Source of the DNA: Candidatus Krumholzibacteriia bacterium | Lineage (GTDB): Bacteria; Krumholzibacteriota; Krumholzibacteriia; WVZY01 | Direction of reading: 5' to 3' | Length of the DNA: 63,358 nucleotides | Assembly: GCA_029863805.1 (NCBI GenBank) | Contig: JAOTUR010000001.1 | Location: 1-63,358 of the forward strand | Shown: positions 1-12,266 of the stretch, in pieces | Layout of the letters: the number at the start of each line of letters is the position of its first letter | Numbering within the stretch: position 1 is the first letter of the stretch | Translations under genes and position numbers: made by a program | Notes under the pieces: generated by a model | Databases searched by the model: none | Seen by the model: only the letters and a program-made list of their open reading frames with translations | What the model was told of the DNA's origin: nothing

Positions 1-2
1 TC

Positions 3-692
3 GGTCTCGAGGAAGCAATCAGCGGCACCATCCAGGAGTACTACGGTGAGAGGGGATTCGTCACCGCCGCCGTCGAGGGCGGTCAACATCGGGATCCCGA
101 GACCGTGGATCGCTTGGAATCAACGCTGTGGATAGCTCTTGTCGCGGGCGGCTTTCTCAGGGCCGAGCAGGTCGCGCAGCTCGGCGAGCACCGCCTACGT
201 CTGCGGAGTTTTACGCGCGGACTTCCGTCGGTTGTGGAGGTGGTTCACCGCCACGGACGGGAAGACGGTGATGGATTCCAGATGAAAGACGGCTTCAGGA
301 ACTTCTCCACGATCAAGAGGGGCCAAGTGGTTGCCCGTGACAGGCGGGGGGACATCCGTTCCGATGTAGACGGCATGCTCATCTTGCCCAGTTATCAGTC
401 GAGCGGAGATGACGGGTTCTTTGTCGGACGACGCGTGCGGCGTATTTGGCTGAGAATCTCGGCGATCGTACGTCGACTGCACCTTCATCGCTTGCTGCCG
501 CTGCTTCCCGGAGTGAGGCAACATCCCGACGATCCCATGGCGCTTGTCGCTAACCCCAAGATTACCCGCTGGGCCGCGGTTAAGGTATTTCATCTCTTCG
601 GATTACGCAGATACGCACAGGAGGGTGGTTGCCTGGTCTTCCGACGTCGCCGCGAGCAAATCGTGGGCGGAAAGTCCGTATCAGAACCGTAA
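3..692 (+). CDS. 5'-truncated CDS, succinylglutamate desuccinylase/aspartoacylase (AstE/AspA, M14-like) family, C-terminal part
   Basis: The frame of track ORF 105..692 stays open back to the window edge (GLEEAISGTIQEYYGERGFVTAAVEGGQHRDPETV...). The 'VEGGQH' motif and the small C-terminal beta-type domain resemble AstE/AspA-family proteins. The family call is from memory of motifs only. Confidence 0.4.
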   Translation, partial: GLEEAISGTIQEYYGERGFVTAAVEGGQHRDPETVDRLESTLWIALVAGGFLRAEQVAQLGEHRLRLRSFTRGLPSVVEVVHRHGREDGDGFQMKDGFRNFSTIKRGQVVARDRRGDIRSDVDGMLILPSYQSSGDDGFFVGRRVRRIWLRISAIVRRLHLHRLLPLLPGVRQHPDDPMALVANPKITRWAAVKVFHLFGLRRYAQEGGCLVFRRRREQIVGGKSVSEP

Positions 693-739
693 GGGCCGAG
701 TTCGCAAGGCCCCGACACACCGGTTGAGGATTACTACGT

Positions 740-1528
740 ATGAGTTTTTTTGTCGTGGGATTGGTGGCGCTGGTCGTGTCGGGCCTGACTCTATTCACGG
801 GCTTTGGCCTGGGCACGTTGCTGCTACCGGCGTTTGCTCTATTCTTCGCCGTTCCGGTCGCTGTCGCGGCAACCGCCGTGGTCCATGCGGCCAACAACGT
901 GTTCAAGGTGATGCTTCTTCACGCGACTGCCGATTGGCGTATCGTTTTGCGTTTTGGGATTCCGGCGGTTCTTGCCGCGTTTTTCGGTGCGTGGCTGTTG
1001 ACTACCCTCTCGGCGTTTGAACCCGTAGCGGTGTGGTTTGTCGGCGAGCGCGAGGCGGTGATCACTCCCGTCAAACTGGTGATGGGTTTGTTGATCTTTG
1101 GGTTTGCGATCATTGATCTGATCCCAAAGTCCCACGGTTTGCAGGTGGATACCCGTTGGCTTCCGATGGGGGGTGTTCTGTCCGGGTTCTTTGGTGGTCT
1201 ATCAGGACACCAGGGTGCGTTACGAGCGGCGTTTCTTCGACGTGTCCATCTGACGCCATCGGCATTTGCGGCCACCCAGGCGGTCATCGCTTCTCTGGTG
1301 GATGGGGCCCGTCTGACGGTTTACGGTGCCGAGTATTTTCGCGGTAAAATGGGCGGTATCGAGACGAAGCAGCAATGGTCACTGGTCGCCGTCGCGACGA
1401 TACTCGCGTTCGTGGGGGCGCTGGTGGGTAGAAGCTTGCTGCCCAAAGTCACATTGGGCCTGCTGAGAGGCATCACCGGGGTCATGCTCCTCATCGTGGC
1501 GGTCGCCCTAGGTCTGGGTCTGATATAA
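740..1528 (+). CDS. TauE/SafE (DUF81) family anion exporter membrane protein
   Basis: 262 aa and very hydrophobic, with about 8 TM segments. The two halves carry Gly-rich motifs (GFGLGTLLLPAF; GGLSGHQGALRAAFL) typical of the DUF81/TauE family. Confidence 0.75.
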   Translation: MSFFVVGLVALVVSGLTLFTGFGLGTLLLPAFALFFAVPVAVAATAVVHAANNVFKVMLLHATADWRIVLRFGIPAVLAAFFGAWLLTTLSAFEPVAVWFVGEREAVITPVKLVMGLLIFGFAIIDLIPKSHGLQVDTRWLPMGGVLSGFFGGLSGHQGALRAAFLRRVHLTPSAFAATQAVIASLVDGARLTVYGAEYFRGKMGGIETKQQWSLVAVATILAFVGALVGRSLLPKVTLGLLRGITGVMLLIVAVALGLGLI

Positions 1529-1675
1529 AACTGACTGTGGCCGAACCGAGTGGCCGGACTGATTTGCTGGTGCAGCGCGAACCGTGGCTTACTCGGTCTT
1601 GGCTAAATAGCTCGTAGATCCGGGTGTTACCCGGGCAAATGGCGACCGGGAGGGCGATCGACGCCCGGAAGAGAC

Positions 1676-1933
1676 ATGAGCCACCCGCAACGAGCGGTTT
1701 TTCTCGGCAGCCGGGACAGGTTGGTTCACACGGGCGGGATGACCGTGGTATACTCGAGTATCGAGGCCGGCGCGGAGGTGCCGGAACCCCGTCATTACCA
1801 CGAGCGGGTGGTCAGTGTCTTGTCCGGCGAATGTGAACTCAGGGTAAATGGCAATCCCCAATTGGCGTGGTCTTTGTTATTCCCTCCAGTCATATACATG
1901 TGCGAGTCGCAGTTTCGGAAGGCTAGATCCTAG
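1676..1933 (+). CDS. small cupin-domain protein, possibly degenerate or truncated
   Basis: 'PEPRHYHERVVSVLSGECELRVNG' looks like cupin motif 1 (HxH...E...G). The second motif is poor and the protein is only 85 aa. Confidence 0.3.
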   Translation: MSHPQRAVFLGSRDRLVHTGGMTVVYSSIEAGAEVPEPRHYHERVVSVLSGECELRVNGNPQLAWSLLFPPVIYMCESQFRKARS

Positions 1934-2102
1934 ACATTTTTCCGGCCCCGTTGGGGAAGCTCGTTGTGAGGAAGCCCCGATCAGACCGCGCCGAGTTCTG
2001 AGTTGCCTCGAGTTTGGCGAAGGCTGTTGTTCTTCACCAAGGTGTGATAACATTACGATTTACTTGGTGTTGCCGTGTTTATGGTCTTAACAAGGGGGCG
2101 CA

Positions 2103-2312
2103 ATGAGCAATCATGTTTACAAGCAGGTTGAGCTTACGGGTTCCTCGCCGAATGGGATCGAAGATGCGGTTGTGAATGCGGTGTCCAAGGCCTCACAAAC
2201 CGTTCGCAACATGCGCTGGTTCGAAGTGGTGGAGACCCGCGGGCACTTGGAAAACAGCATGATTGCCCATTGGCAGGTCACAGTAAAAATAGGTTTTACG
2301 CTGGAGGACTGA
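2103..2312 (+). CDS. dodecin family flavin-binding protein
   Basis: 69 aa. '[47 protein letters not shown]...[14 protein letters not shown]' matches the dodecin consensus nearly end to end. An AAGGGGG RBS lies upstream. Confidence 0.85.
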   Translation: MSNHVYKQVELTGSSPNGIEDAVVNAVSKASQTVRNMRWFEVVETRGHLENSMIAHWQVTVKIGFTLED

Positions 2313-3989
<1,677 letters not shown>

Positions 3990-4129
3990 GCTCATTTGTT
4001 GCTCGCCGTGCTGGCGTTGGTTGGGGTTTCCGGGTTCGCTGGACGTGGGATAAAGGAGTTGTCATCTGATCTATGTCTCTAATAACCTGCAGGAAATAAG
4101 CAAACTTCATTGCGCGAGGACCGGTAACT

Positions 4130-5470
4130 ATGCAAGTTCTCATCGTCGGTGCGGGAGACATTGGTCTGGAGCTCGCCAAGCGCCTGTCGCAGGAAAAACA
4201 CGACATCACCATGATCGAGCACGATCCGCACAAGATGCGACGGGCTCGTGAGCAGCTCGACGCACTGGTCATCGAAGGACACGGCGCCAGCTACAACGCC
4301 CTCAAGAAGGCGAACGTGCACGGGGCGGACGTCGTAGCTGCGATGACGAATAACGATGAGACCAACATCCTGGCCTGCCAACTGGCTAAAAAAGCCGGTG
4401 TCCCCTCCACGCTGGGCCGGGTTAGAAATCCCGAATACACGATGCCGGATTTCTTTCTGAGTCCTCAAGAGCTTGGCGTCGACGTGATGATTCATCCCGA
4501 AAAAGAGACCGCGAATGCCGTCGTACGTCTGATACGAAGATCGAGTGCGACCGATCTGATAGAGTTCGAAGACGGTCGTATCCAATTGTTGGGCATCCGC
4601 CTCGAGGAAGATTCTTCGCTTCTCGATATACCGCTGAGTGAACTTGGCAAGAAATCTGGAGATCCTCCCCTGCGTATCGTGGCTATAATCCGCAAGCAAT
4701 CTACGATCATTCCCAAGGGACACGACGCTCTTGAGCCGGGTGATCAGATATTTGTGATCTGTGATCCTGATTACGTAAACGACTTCATCACCCTCACCGG
4801 CAAGAAGGATACTCGCATCGACGATATCATGATCTTGGGTGGCGGTTTGATTGGGCAGTTCATCGCTGCCAGTCTCGGCAGTGAGATGAAAGTCAAGATT
4901 ATCGAAAGCAACGCGGAAAAATCTGAGGAGATCGCCGAGGTACTACCGCACACGCTCATTATTCATGGCGACGGAACCGACTATGATCTGCTGGCTGCCG
5001 AAGGTATTGTTGATATGGACGCGTTCATTGCGGTCACTGGTGATGATGAGACCAATATTATCGCTACGCTGCTGGTTCGTCACATGAAAATACCCAGGAC
5101 GGTTGCGTTGGTTAATAAGGTGGTGTATCTGCCCATCACGACTACGATTGGCATGGATGCCGTCGTCAGCAAGCAGCTGCTGACGGTGAATGCCGTACAG
5201 CGACATATTCGACAACATCAAGTTGCAGCCGTTGTCAGTCTGCCCGGTATCGACGCTCACTGTAACGAGTACATTGCCAAAGGAGGTTCGAAAATCACCA
5301 AGAAGAAACTGAGAGACATAAATTTCCCACAAGACGCTATCGTGGGTGCTATTCTGCACGACGAACATATTGTCATCCCCAAAGGTGATGATCAAGTCGC
5401 GCCCGGAGACAAAGTCGTAGTTTTCTCGCTGCCGCATGCTTTGGACAGCGTAGAAAAACTTTTCAAGTAG
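4130..5470 (+). CDS. trkA: Trk system K+ uptake protein TrkA (two RCK N/C domain pairs)
   Basis: 446 aa. Rossmann motifs 'MQVLIVGAGDIGLELAKRL' and 'IMILGGGLIGQFIAASL' are each followed by a TrkA-C-type domain. The gene sits immediately upstream of trkH. Confidence 0.9.
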   Translation: MQVLIVGAGDIGLELAKRLSQEKHDITMIEHDPHKMRRAREQLDALVIEGHGASYNALKKANVHGADVVAAMTNNDETNILACQLAKKAGVPSTLGRVRNPEYTMPDFFLSPQELGVDVMIHPEKETANAVVRLIRRSSATDLIEFEDGRIQLLGIRLEEDSSLLDIPLSELGKKSGDPPLRIVAIIRKQSTIIPKGHDALEPGDQIFVICDPDYVNDFITLTGKKDTRIDDIMILGGGLIGQFIAASLGSEMKVKIIESNAEKSEEIAEVLPHTLIIHGDGTDYDLLAAEGIVDMDAFIAVTGDDETNIIATLLVRHMKIPRTVALVNKVVYLPITTTIGMDAVVSKQLLTVNAVQRHIRQHQVAAVVSLPGIDAHCNEYIAKGGSKITKKKLRDINFPQDAIVGAILHDEHIVIPKGDDQVAPGDKVVVFSLPHALDSVEKLFK

Positions 5471-5523
5471 CGGGCTCGTGTAACCACATGGTCGGTGTGT
5501 CGGTCAAAAGGGAAGAGTAATAA

Positions 5524-6966
5524 ATGCGAATCACCAGTGTGATCCACATACTGGGTTTCCTGCTGATGTTTCTGGGGATCGCGATGCTATTACCGATCCC
5601 TTTTTCGTTATACTATGGCGATGCTGATTACATGGCGCTGTTGATTAGCGCCGGGGTTACGCTGGTGCTTGGCTATAGCGCCTTTGTGACTACGGATCTC
5701 GACCGGGAACTACGCGCCAAGGAAGGGTTTGCGATAGTCGCATTTGCGTGGTTCTTTTTTTCGATCTTCGGCTCTCTTCCTTTTCTGATTTCCAATTCGA
5801 TTCCCAACTTCACAGACGCATTTTTTGAAACGATGTCCGGCTTTACCACTACCGGGGCGACGATTCTCACCAATGTCGAGGGACTAAGCCACGGTGTACT
5901 GTTTTGGCGAAGTCTGACGCACTGGATCGGCGGTATGGGCATAATCGTGTTGTCGCTGGCGATCCTGCCCTTTCTCGGGGTCGGCGGCATGCAGCTCTTC
6001 AAAGCGGAAGTGCCGGGACCAGTAGCAGATAAGCTGACCCCTCGGGTGACCGAGACGGCCAAAATCCTGTGGGGCGTGTATGTATTGCTTACAGTGGTGG
6101 AAGCGGGGTTATTGATGCTGGGGGGGATGGGCCTTTTTGATTCGCTTTGTCACTCGTTTGGCACTCTGGCAACCGGTGGGTATTCGACCAAGAACGCCAG
6201 CATTGGAGCGTACAACAGCGCCTACATCGACTACGTGGTCATAGTCTTTATGATTCTGGCGGGAACGAACTTTTCGTTGCACTACCGCTTCCTGCGCGGG
6301 GACTTCCGTGCATACTGGCGGAACCAGGAGTTCCTTTTCTTCCTGTCAATAATCGGACTGGCCACGTTGATCATCGGTGCCGACACTTACTTCAATATCT
6401 ATGATAACGCACCACAAGCAATCCAGAAAACGCTGTTTCAAGTCGTGGCAATTCTGACCACGACCGGCTACGGAACGACCGACTATGAGCAGTGGGCCTT
6501 TAGTTCGCAGTTCGTTTTGTTCATGTTAATGTTTTTTGGCGGGTGCGCTGGCTCGACAGGAGGGGGGATGAAAATAATCCGCATTTTCCTGCTGGTCAAA
6601 TTTGTTTTTAGTGAAATCACACGACTACTGCATCCCCACGCTGTCATCCCGGTACGAATCGGCAATTCAGTCATACCACGAGATGTTCTAACCAACGTGC
6701 TAGGATTTTTTATCCTGTTCATTCTAACATTCATGTTGGGCGTCCTGATTATGTCGTCCATGGGCTTGGATATGCCGACGTCATTTGGCGCGGTTGCCGC
6801 GACACTGGCGAACATTGGCCCAGGGCTTGGCAATGTCGGACCTACCGATAACTACGCTCATATCCCCATGTTTGGGAAATGGGTGCTTTGCGTATTGATG
6901 TTGATGGGGCGCCTGGAGCTCTTTACGGTCATAATACTATTGTCTCCATTCTACTGGCAGAAGTAG
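5524..6966 (+). CDS. trkH: Trk-type K+ transporter membrane subunit TrkH
   Basis: 480 aa polytopic protein with the repeated selectivity-filter-like motifs 'SGFTTTGAT', 'TLATGGYST', 'TTTGYGT' and '[11 protein letters not shown]'. Confidence 0.9.
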   Translation: MRITSVIHILGFLLMFLGIAMLLPIPFSLYYGDADYMALLISAGVTLVLGYSAFVTTDLDRELRAKEGFAIVAFAWFFFSIFGSLPFLISNSIPNFTDAFFETMSGFTTTGATILTNVEGLSHGVLFWRSLTHWIGGMGIIVLSLAILPFLGVGGMQLFKAEVPGPVADKLTPRVTETAKILWGVYVLLTVVEAGLLMLGGMGLFDSLCHSFGTLATGGYSTKNASIGAYNSAYIDYVVIVFMILAGTNFSLHYRFLRGDFRAYWRNQEFLFFLSIIGLATLIIGADTYFNIYDNAPQAIQKTLFQVVAILTTTGYGTTDYEQWAFSSQFVLFMLMFFGGCAGSTGGGMKIIRIFLLVKFVFSEITRLLHPHAVIPVRIGNSVIPRDVLTNVLGFFILFILTFMLGVLIMSSMGLDMPTSFGAVAATLANIGPGLGNVGPTDNYAHIPMFGKWVLCVLMLMGRLELFTVIILLSPFYWQK

Positions 6967-7003
6967 AACGCCGGTTGAAATCCACGGACGAAACTGTTCG
7001 ATT

Positions 7004-8893
7004 ATGCATTTTGATCTTGCTACAAGTCCCGCGCTTACCGTTGCTCTGGCGCTAGCAGCAGGAATTATTGCCCAGTCGATTGCCCGGCACCTTCGACTGC
7101 CAGGCATTGTCATATTGCTCGGAGTAGGTGCTTTGCTCGGCCCCGATGGTTTGGGCGTGTTGCGACCATCCGCCCTCGGGGAAGCGACGCACATCTTGGT
7201 GGAGTTTGCCGTGGCGGTGATTCTGTTCGAGGGTGGCCTCAACCTAGAATGGCGTCGCCTGCGCGCGGAAGGCGTGACCATTCGACGACTGGTGTGGTTG
7301 GGAGCCTTGGTGACCGCGCTTGGGGGCATGCTGGTGGTGCACTGGGTGCTTGGCTGGAGCTGGCGGCTTTCGATTCTGTTTGGCACCTTGGTTGTGGTTA
7401 CCGGTCCCACCGTCATAACACCACTTCTTCGACGAATTAAGATCAAACGCAATCTCGAGACGGTCCTCGAAGCAGAAGGTGTGTTCATCGATGCCGTTGG
7501 CGCCATTCTCGCCGTGGTAGCACTCGAGGTGGCGCTGAGCCCCACAGGTTCATCACTCGCCATCGGTTTTGTCGGTGTGCCATCGCGTCTTGTCTTCGGC
7601 GCGATCTTTGGCCTTGTAGGCGGCCTGTTGATCGCAGCGCTCCTACGCTTTCGTGGGGTGGTGCCCGAGGGGCTCGAGAATGTTTTTACGCTGTCGCTTG
7701 CGCTGGCCCTCTATCAGTTGAGTGTCACGTTGGTGCCCGAAACCGGAATCACCAGCGTTATTGTCGCGGGATTCGTCGTTGGCAATGCCCGCACTCCTGT
7801 CCACCGCGAGCTCAAGGAGTTTAAAGAACAACTAACCGTAATGTTGATCGGAATGTTGTTTGTGATTCTTGCCGCGGACGTTCGGCTCGCGGAAGTGGCG
7901 GCGTTGGGTTGGCGCGGCCTGCTTGTTGTTTTTGGACTAATGGTTGTGGTAAGGCCGATCAACGTGATCGTCTGCACCTTGGGCGGGGGCATGAATTGGC
8001 GTGAAAAAGCGTTCTTGTCGTGGCTTGCTCCGCGCGGCATCGTCGCGGCGGCTGTCGCATCGCTCTTTTATGATCGCATGTCGAGTGAAGGGCTAGCCGG
8101 TGGAGCCGAAATGAGGGCGTTGGTATTCCTCGTGATCGCGGTTACGGTGGTTTTTCAGGGGTCCACGGGAGCCGTGGTGGCCAAGTGGTTGGGGGTAAGA
8201 CGTCCATCTGGCAGGGGTTACGTGATTCTGGGCGCACACGAAGTGGGGCGAGTGGTTGGGCGCCTGCTGCGCGATGCAGGAGAAGATGTCGTTCTCATCG
8301 ACGCGAGCGCCGAGGCCTGCCGTGAGGCGCAGGAGGAGGGTTTTCGAGTGGTCTTTGGCAACGCGCTTGAGGAGCGAGTCTTGATTATGGCAGATCTCGA
8401 GTCGAGAAAGGGGGCAATTGGCACTCTACCCAATGAAGCAGTGAATCTGTTGTTTGTAAGAAGGGCTCGCAACGAATACAAGGTACCAAAAACCTATGTC
8501 GCCATCCAGCGGGGCCATGGTGCGATCGACGCGAAAATGGTGCACGACGCGGGAGCAACGGTACTGTTTGCCGAGGAGACCGATCTCGATCTATGGTCAG
8601 TTCGCATACGACGTGATTCTGCGCATATCGAGGTCTGGCGGCGTGATGACGGGGCGGTGGAGGATGATGAAGATAAGTCAATCCGGTTGAGTCGCGACGT
8701 GCAAAACCTGCTACTACCCTTGGCACTGCTTCGCGATGGTTCGCTGTCGCCGCTCGATGACCGGACCCGCGCAGACAGTGGCGATGAGGTCTACTGGCTT
8801 GTGCTGACGGAACGGGCAAAGCACTGGCAGGGTTGGTTGGAGCAATCCGGCTGGCGGCGGGTAGAGGCGCCAGTACCCGCCAAGGACAGCTGA
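7004..8893 (+). CDS. CPA1-type cation:proton antiporter (NhaP-like) with C-terminal RCK (TrkA-N/TrkA-C) domains
   Basis: The N-terminal ~400 aa form a Na+/H+-exchanger-type membrane domain. This is followed by 'GYVILGAHEVGRVVGRLLRDAGEDVVLIDAS' (Rossmann/RCK) and a C-terminal TrkA-C-like segment. Confidence 0.8.
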   Translation: MHFDLATSPALTVALALAAGIIAQSIARHLRLPGIVILLGVGALLGPDGLGVLRPSALGEATHILVEFAVAVILFEGGLNLEWRRLRAEGVTIRRLVWLGALVTALGGMLVVHWVLGWSWRLSILFGTLVVVTGPTVITPLLRRIKIKRNLETVLEAEGVFIDAVGAILAVVALEVALSPTGSSLAIGFVGVPSRLVFGAIFGLVGGLLIAALLRFRGVVPEGLENVFTLSLALALYQLSVTLVPETGITSVIVAGFVVGNARTPVHRELKEFKEQLTVMLIGMLFVILAADVRLAEVAALGWRGLLVVFGLMVVVRPINVIVCTLGGGMNWREKAFLSWLAPRGIVAAAVASLFYDRMSSEGLAGGAEMRALVFLVIAVTVVFQGSTGAVVAKWLGVRRPSGRGYVILGAHEVGRVVGRLLRDAGEDVVLIDASAEACREAQEEGFRVVFGNALEERVLIMADLESRKGAIGTLPNEAVNLLFVRRARNEYKVPKTYVAIQRGHGAIDAKMVHDAGATVLFAEETDLDLWSVRIRRDSAHIEVWRRDDGAVEDDEDKSIRLSRDVQNLLLPLALLRDGSLSPLDDRTRADSGDEVYWLVLTERAKHWQGWLEQSGWRRVEAPVPAKDS

Positions 8894-8974
8894 CGGCGCT
8901 TGTGTGGGGGCCAACGTATGCTGCGACGAGAACCTGCTTGCATTCTGGCTGCAAAGCTGGCCCGGACGCGCGGG

Positions 8975-9235
8975 TCAACGGGTGGACGGACTGGACGAAC
9001 GTATGAGGTCCAGCTTGTCCGAACGTTTCATCTCTTTTATCATGACTTCACGTCTGAGTGCGCTTCGGCGTGACGGGTGGCCCTCTTTGTAGACTAGTCT
9101 GATGGGGAGACGCGCTCTCGTGTATTTTGACGCGGTGCCCTTGCGGTGAGATTGCAGACGCTTCGCGATGTCTGTTGTGATACCGGTATACAGAGTCTGG
9201 TCACGGCACTCTATAATGTATACGATCCATCTCAC
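8975..9235 (-). CDS. GIY-YIG nuclease family protein (UPF0213-like)
   Basis: 86 aa. 'WIVYIIECRDQTLYTGITTDIAKRLQSHRKG' is a GIY-YIG core. Confidence 0.8.
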   Translation of the reverse strand: MRWIVYIIECRDQTLYTGITTDIAKRLQSHRKGTASKYTRARLPIRLVYKEGHPSRRSALRREVMIKEMKRSDKLDLIRSSSPSTR

Positions 9236-9275
9236 GTCTTGATATTACATCACTAGGCCGGAAAGGAAAAGGCGG

Positions 9276-9758
9276 ATGCCGTCATTCGATGTTGTATCCC
9301 GAGTTGACATGCACGAGGTGACCAACGCGATCGATCAAGCGAACCGGGAGGTCACCAATCGCTTCGATTTCAAAGGAACGGACTCCCGATTCGAGCGACA
9401 GGAGTCGACGATAACGCTGCACGCCAGCTCTAAATTTCAGCTCAAACAGATGTTGGATGTTCTGGAGGGAAAGCTGGCCAAGAGGCATGTTGATCTCGGC
9501 TGTTTGCTGGTGGGTGAAGCAGAGGAGTCGGGGAAAGGTGCGCGGCAGACTGTGACCATTCGTCAGGGGATAGAGACCGACCTCGCCAGACAGATCATAA
9601 AGCGGATCAAGGAAACAAAACTCAAAGTCCAGGCTTCGATTCAGGGTGAAAAGGTACGAATATCCGGCAAGAAGAAAGACGATCTACAGCAAGTGATCGC
9701 CCTGCTCAAGGAACAAGAGTGGGATATGCCACTCCAGTTCGAGAACTTTCGGGACTAG
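9276..9758 (+). CDS. yajQ: YajQ family nucleotide / cyclic-di-GMP-binding protein (UPF0234)
   Basis: 160 aa. '[35 protein letters not shown]' is the characteristic YajQ N-terminus. Confidence 0.85.
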   Translation: MPSFDVVSRVDMHEVTNAIDQANREVTNRFDFKGTDSRFERQESTITLHASSKFQLKQMLDVLEGKLAKRHVDLGCLLVGEAEESGKGARQTVTIRQGIETDLARQIIKRIKETKLKVQASIQGEKVRISGKKKDDLQQVIALLKEQEWDMPLQFENFRD

Positions 9759-9847
9759 CTAGTTGGTCCGCTACGGTCACGTCCGTAGGGTGGCCCTCAA
9801 TCCGCAACACGAGCTCAGAGTGCAACGCCCGCATACCGGAGGTGACT

Positions 9848-10516
9848 ATGACCAAGTCAGGATTTATACCGCTCGAATCCCATGAGGAATACTCGACCGA
9901 GGAGATGACAAAGCGTGCTGCGGAGTTTCTCGCCAACTTGCAGCGACGTCGCACGGTTAGACAGTTTTCGGAAAAACCAGTGACCAAAGAGATCATCGAG
10001 CAGTGTATTCGAGCGGCCGGGTGTGCGCCAAGTGGAGCAAATAAGCAGCCGTGGCATTTTGTGGTGGTTTCCGATGCCGTGCGAAAAAAACGAATCCGCG
10101 AGGCGGCTGAAGCCGAAGAGCGTGAGTTCTATAGCAGACGGGCACCCCAAGCTTGGTTGGAGGTCCTGGCGCCGCTGGGCACCGACGAAAACAAACCGTT
10201 CCTGGAGACGGCCCCCTACTTAATCGTAATCTTCGAACAGCGTTATGAGATCAACCAACGCGGGGAGAGGGTTAAGCACTACTACACCCAGGAGTCCGTG
10301 GGGATCGCTGTGGGTATGCTGATAACAGCCATCCATAACGCAGGTCTCGTATCCTTGACGCACACGCCTAGTCCGATGGGCTTTCTCAACGACATACTGG
10401 ATCGGCCCGCGTATGAGCGCCCGTTTCTGATCCTCGTAGTTGGGCATCCCAGCAAAGATGCGGTGGTTCCAAAGCTCGAGCGAAAGTCGCTGGACCAAAT
10501 CGTGACTTTTCTGTAG
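9848..10516 (+). CDS. nitroreductase-superfamily flavoprotein, iodotyrosine deiodinase (IYD)-like subfamily
   Basis: I trimmed the track ORF 9719..10516 to the ATG at 9848, which follows a GGAGG. The protein aligns along its full length with my recollection of human IYD ([77 protein letters not shown]). Confidence 0.75.
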   Translation: MTKSGFIPLESHEEYSTEEMTKRAAEFLANLQRRRTVRQFSEKPVTKEIIEQCIRAAGCAPSGANKQPWHFVVVSDAVRKKRIREAAEAEEREFYSRRAPQAWLEVLAPLGTDENKPFLETAPYLIVIFEQRYEINQRGERVKHYYTQESVGIAVGMLITAIHNAGLVSLTHTPSPMGFLNDILDRPAYERPFLILVVGHPSKDAVVPKLERKSLDQIVTFL

Positions 10517-10568
10517 TCTCAACAAACCAAGCGTCACTTACTCGCCCACGACGCTATGCTCAAATGCT

Positions 10569-12194
10569 GTGCTTGTCCGTTCGAGAGCATGCTCCCCGAT
10601 GGCAAATGTTATCAAGCAACCCTGTGACGACGGTGTCTTGCAATGTAGCGAGGCGACACTGCCGTGCTCCCGTTCGGTTGGCACCTGGGTACTCATAGCG
10701 ACTATTCTTGGTTCCAGCATGGCTTTCGTTGATGGCACAGTCGTCAATGTCGCGTTGCCCGTGTTTCAGAGCGAGCTAAACGCGACTGTCTCCGACGTGC
10801 AGTGGATTGTGGAGTCCTACGCGCTCTTTCTGGCGGCGTTACTCCTGGTCGGTGGTGCGCTCGGCGATCGTTTCGGGCGAAAGCGTATTTTCGGCGTGGG
10901 TGTTTCGCTTTTTGCGCTGGCGTCCGTTACTTGTGGAATGTCTCAGACGACTACTCAGCTGATCATCTTCCGTGGCGCCCAGGGCGTCGGGGGAGCGCTG
11001 CTGGTGCCAGGTAGTCTGGCTATTATTAGCGCCACGTTTGACCGTGCTCAACGTGGGCGCGCGATAGGTACCTGGTCAGCGTTTACGGCGATAACCGCGG
11101 CGCTGGGTCCGGTGCTCGGGGGATGGTTGATCGAAAATCTGTCGTGGCGTTGGATCTTCTTTGTCAATATTCCGCTCGCCGTTGCGGTGATTGCAATTGT
11201 GTTGTGGCGGGTACCAGAAAGCCGGGGCGAAGCGACGGAGGGAAGGCTGGACTGGGTTGGGGCTGTCTTGGCCACGCTCGGTCTAGGCTTGGTGGTTTAC
11301 GGACTGATCGAGTCGGCTAATCTGGGTTTGGGCCACCCCGTTGTTTTACTGACCATCGCGTTGGGATTCGTCGGACTTGTGGCGTTCATCCTTGTCGAGG
11401 CAAAGGGTCGAACACCGATGCTGCCGCTTAGCCTATTCGCTTCGCGAGACTTTAGCGGGGCGAACATCGTTACCCTTTTCTTGTATTCGGCGCTCAGTGC
11501 GGGGTTGTTCTTCCTGCCGTTTAATCTTATACAGGTCCAGGGTTATTCGACGACAGCGGCTGGCGCCGCCTTCCTGCCGCTGATCTTGATCATATTTCTG
11601 CTGTCGCGGTGGGCAGGCGGGCTAGTGACGCGTTTTGGTGCAACAATACCCCTGGTTGTGGGCCCCACCGTCGCCGCGGTTGGTTACGTATTATTTGCTC
11701 TGCCTGACATCGGTGGCAGCTACTGGCAAACGTTTTTTCCCGCTGTGGCCGTATTGGGGATTGGTATGGCCATAAGCGTAGCGCCACTGACGACGGTGGT
11801 CATGAATGCGGTGGGGACCACGAGATCGGGCCTGGCCTCTGGTGTAAACAACGCGATCTCTCGCACCGCGGGTCTTGTGTCGATCGCTGTGATGGGAGTC
11901 TTCGTGTTGACGGTATTCAACAATAATCTCGATGCTCGCCTGGAATTACTCGATCTGTCTGCGGAAGCGCGTACCGAGCTGAGCACCCAGCGAGTCAAAC
12001 TTGCTGCCGCGGAAGTGCCTGCTGGGCTCGACGATGAGATGACTGGTGCCGTCGCACGAGCGATTGCCTCCTCTTTTGTCGTGAGTTTTCGGGTGCTCAT
12101 GATGATCGCTGCTGGGCTCGCGCTGGCGAGCGCGGTCGCTGCAGGTCTCATATTGGGTAGGAAGGGCTCGGGGCAGAGTTCCGTCGGAGCCTGA
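10569..12194 (+). CDS. MFS transporter, DHA2 (EmrB/QacA, 14-TMS) drug:H+ antiporter family
   Basis: About 14 hydrophobic segments. 'FVDGTVVNVALPVFQSEL' and 'LGDRFGRKRIF' are typical motif A / N-terminal motifs. The exact start is uncertain. Confidence 0.8.
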   Translation: MLVRSRACSPMANVIKQPCDDGVLQCSEATLPCSRSVGTWVLIATILGSSMAFVDGTVVNVALPVFQSELNATVSDVQWIVESYALFLAALLLVGGALGDRFGRKRIFGVGVSLFALASVTCGMSQTTTQLIIFRGAQGVGGALLVPGSLAIISATFDRAQRGRAIGTWSAFTAITAALGPVLGGWLIENLSWRWIFFVNIPLAVAVIAIVLWRVPESRGEATEGRLDWVGAVLATLGLGLVVYGLIESANLGLGHPVVLLTIALGFVGLVAFILVEAKGRTPMLPLSLFASRDFSGANIVTLFLYSALSAGLFFLPFNLIQVQGYSTTAAGAAFLPLILIIFLLSRWAGGLVTRFGATIPLVVGPTVAAVGYVLFALPDIGGSYWQTFFPAVAVLGIGMAISVAPLTTVVMNAVGTTRSGLASGVNNAISRTAGLVSIAVMGVFVLTVFNNNLDARLELLDLSAEARTELSTQRVKLAAAEVPAGLDDEMTGAVARAIASSFVVSFRVLMMIAAGLALASAVAAGLILGRKGSGQSSVGA

Positions 12195-12266
12195 TTCCCA
12201 CGGCAACCTTCACATCAATTCTCAACTTTGCTATACTACGAGTCTGTACGCAACGAGAGGAGCGTC

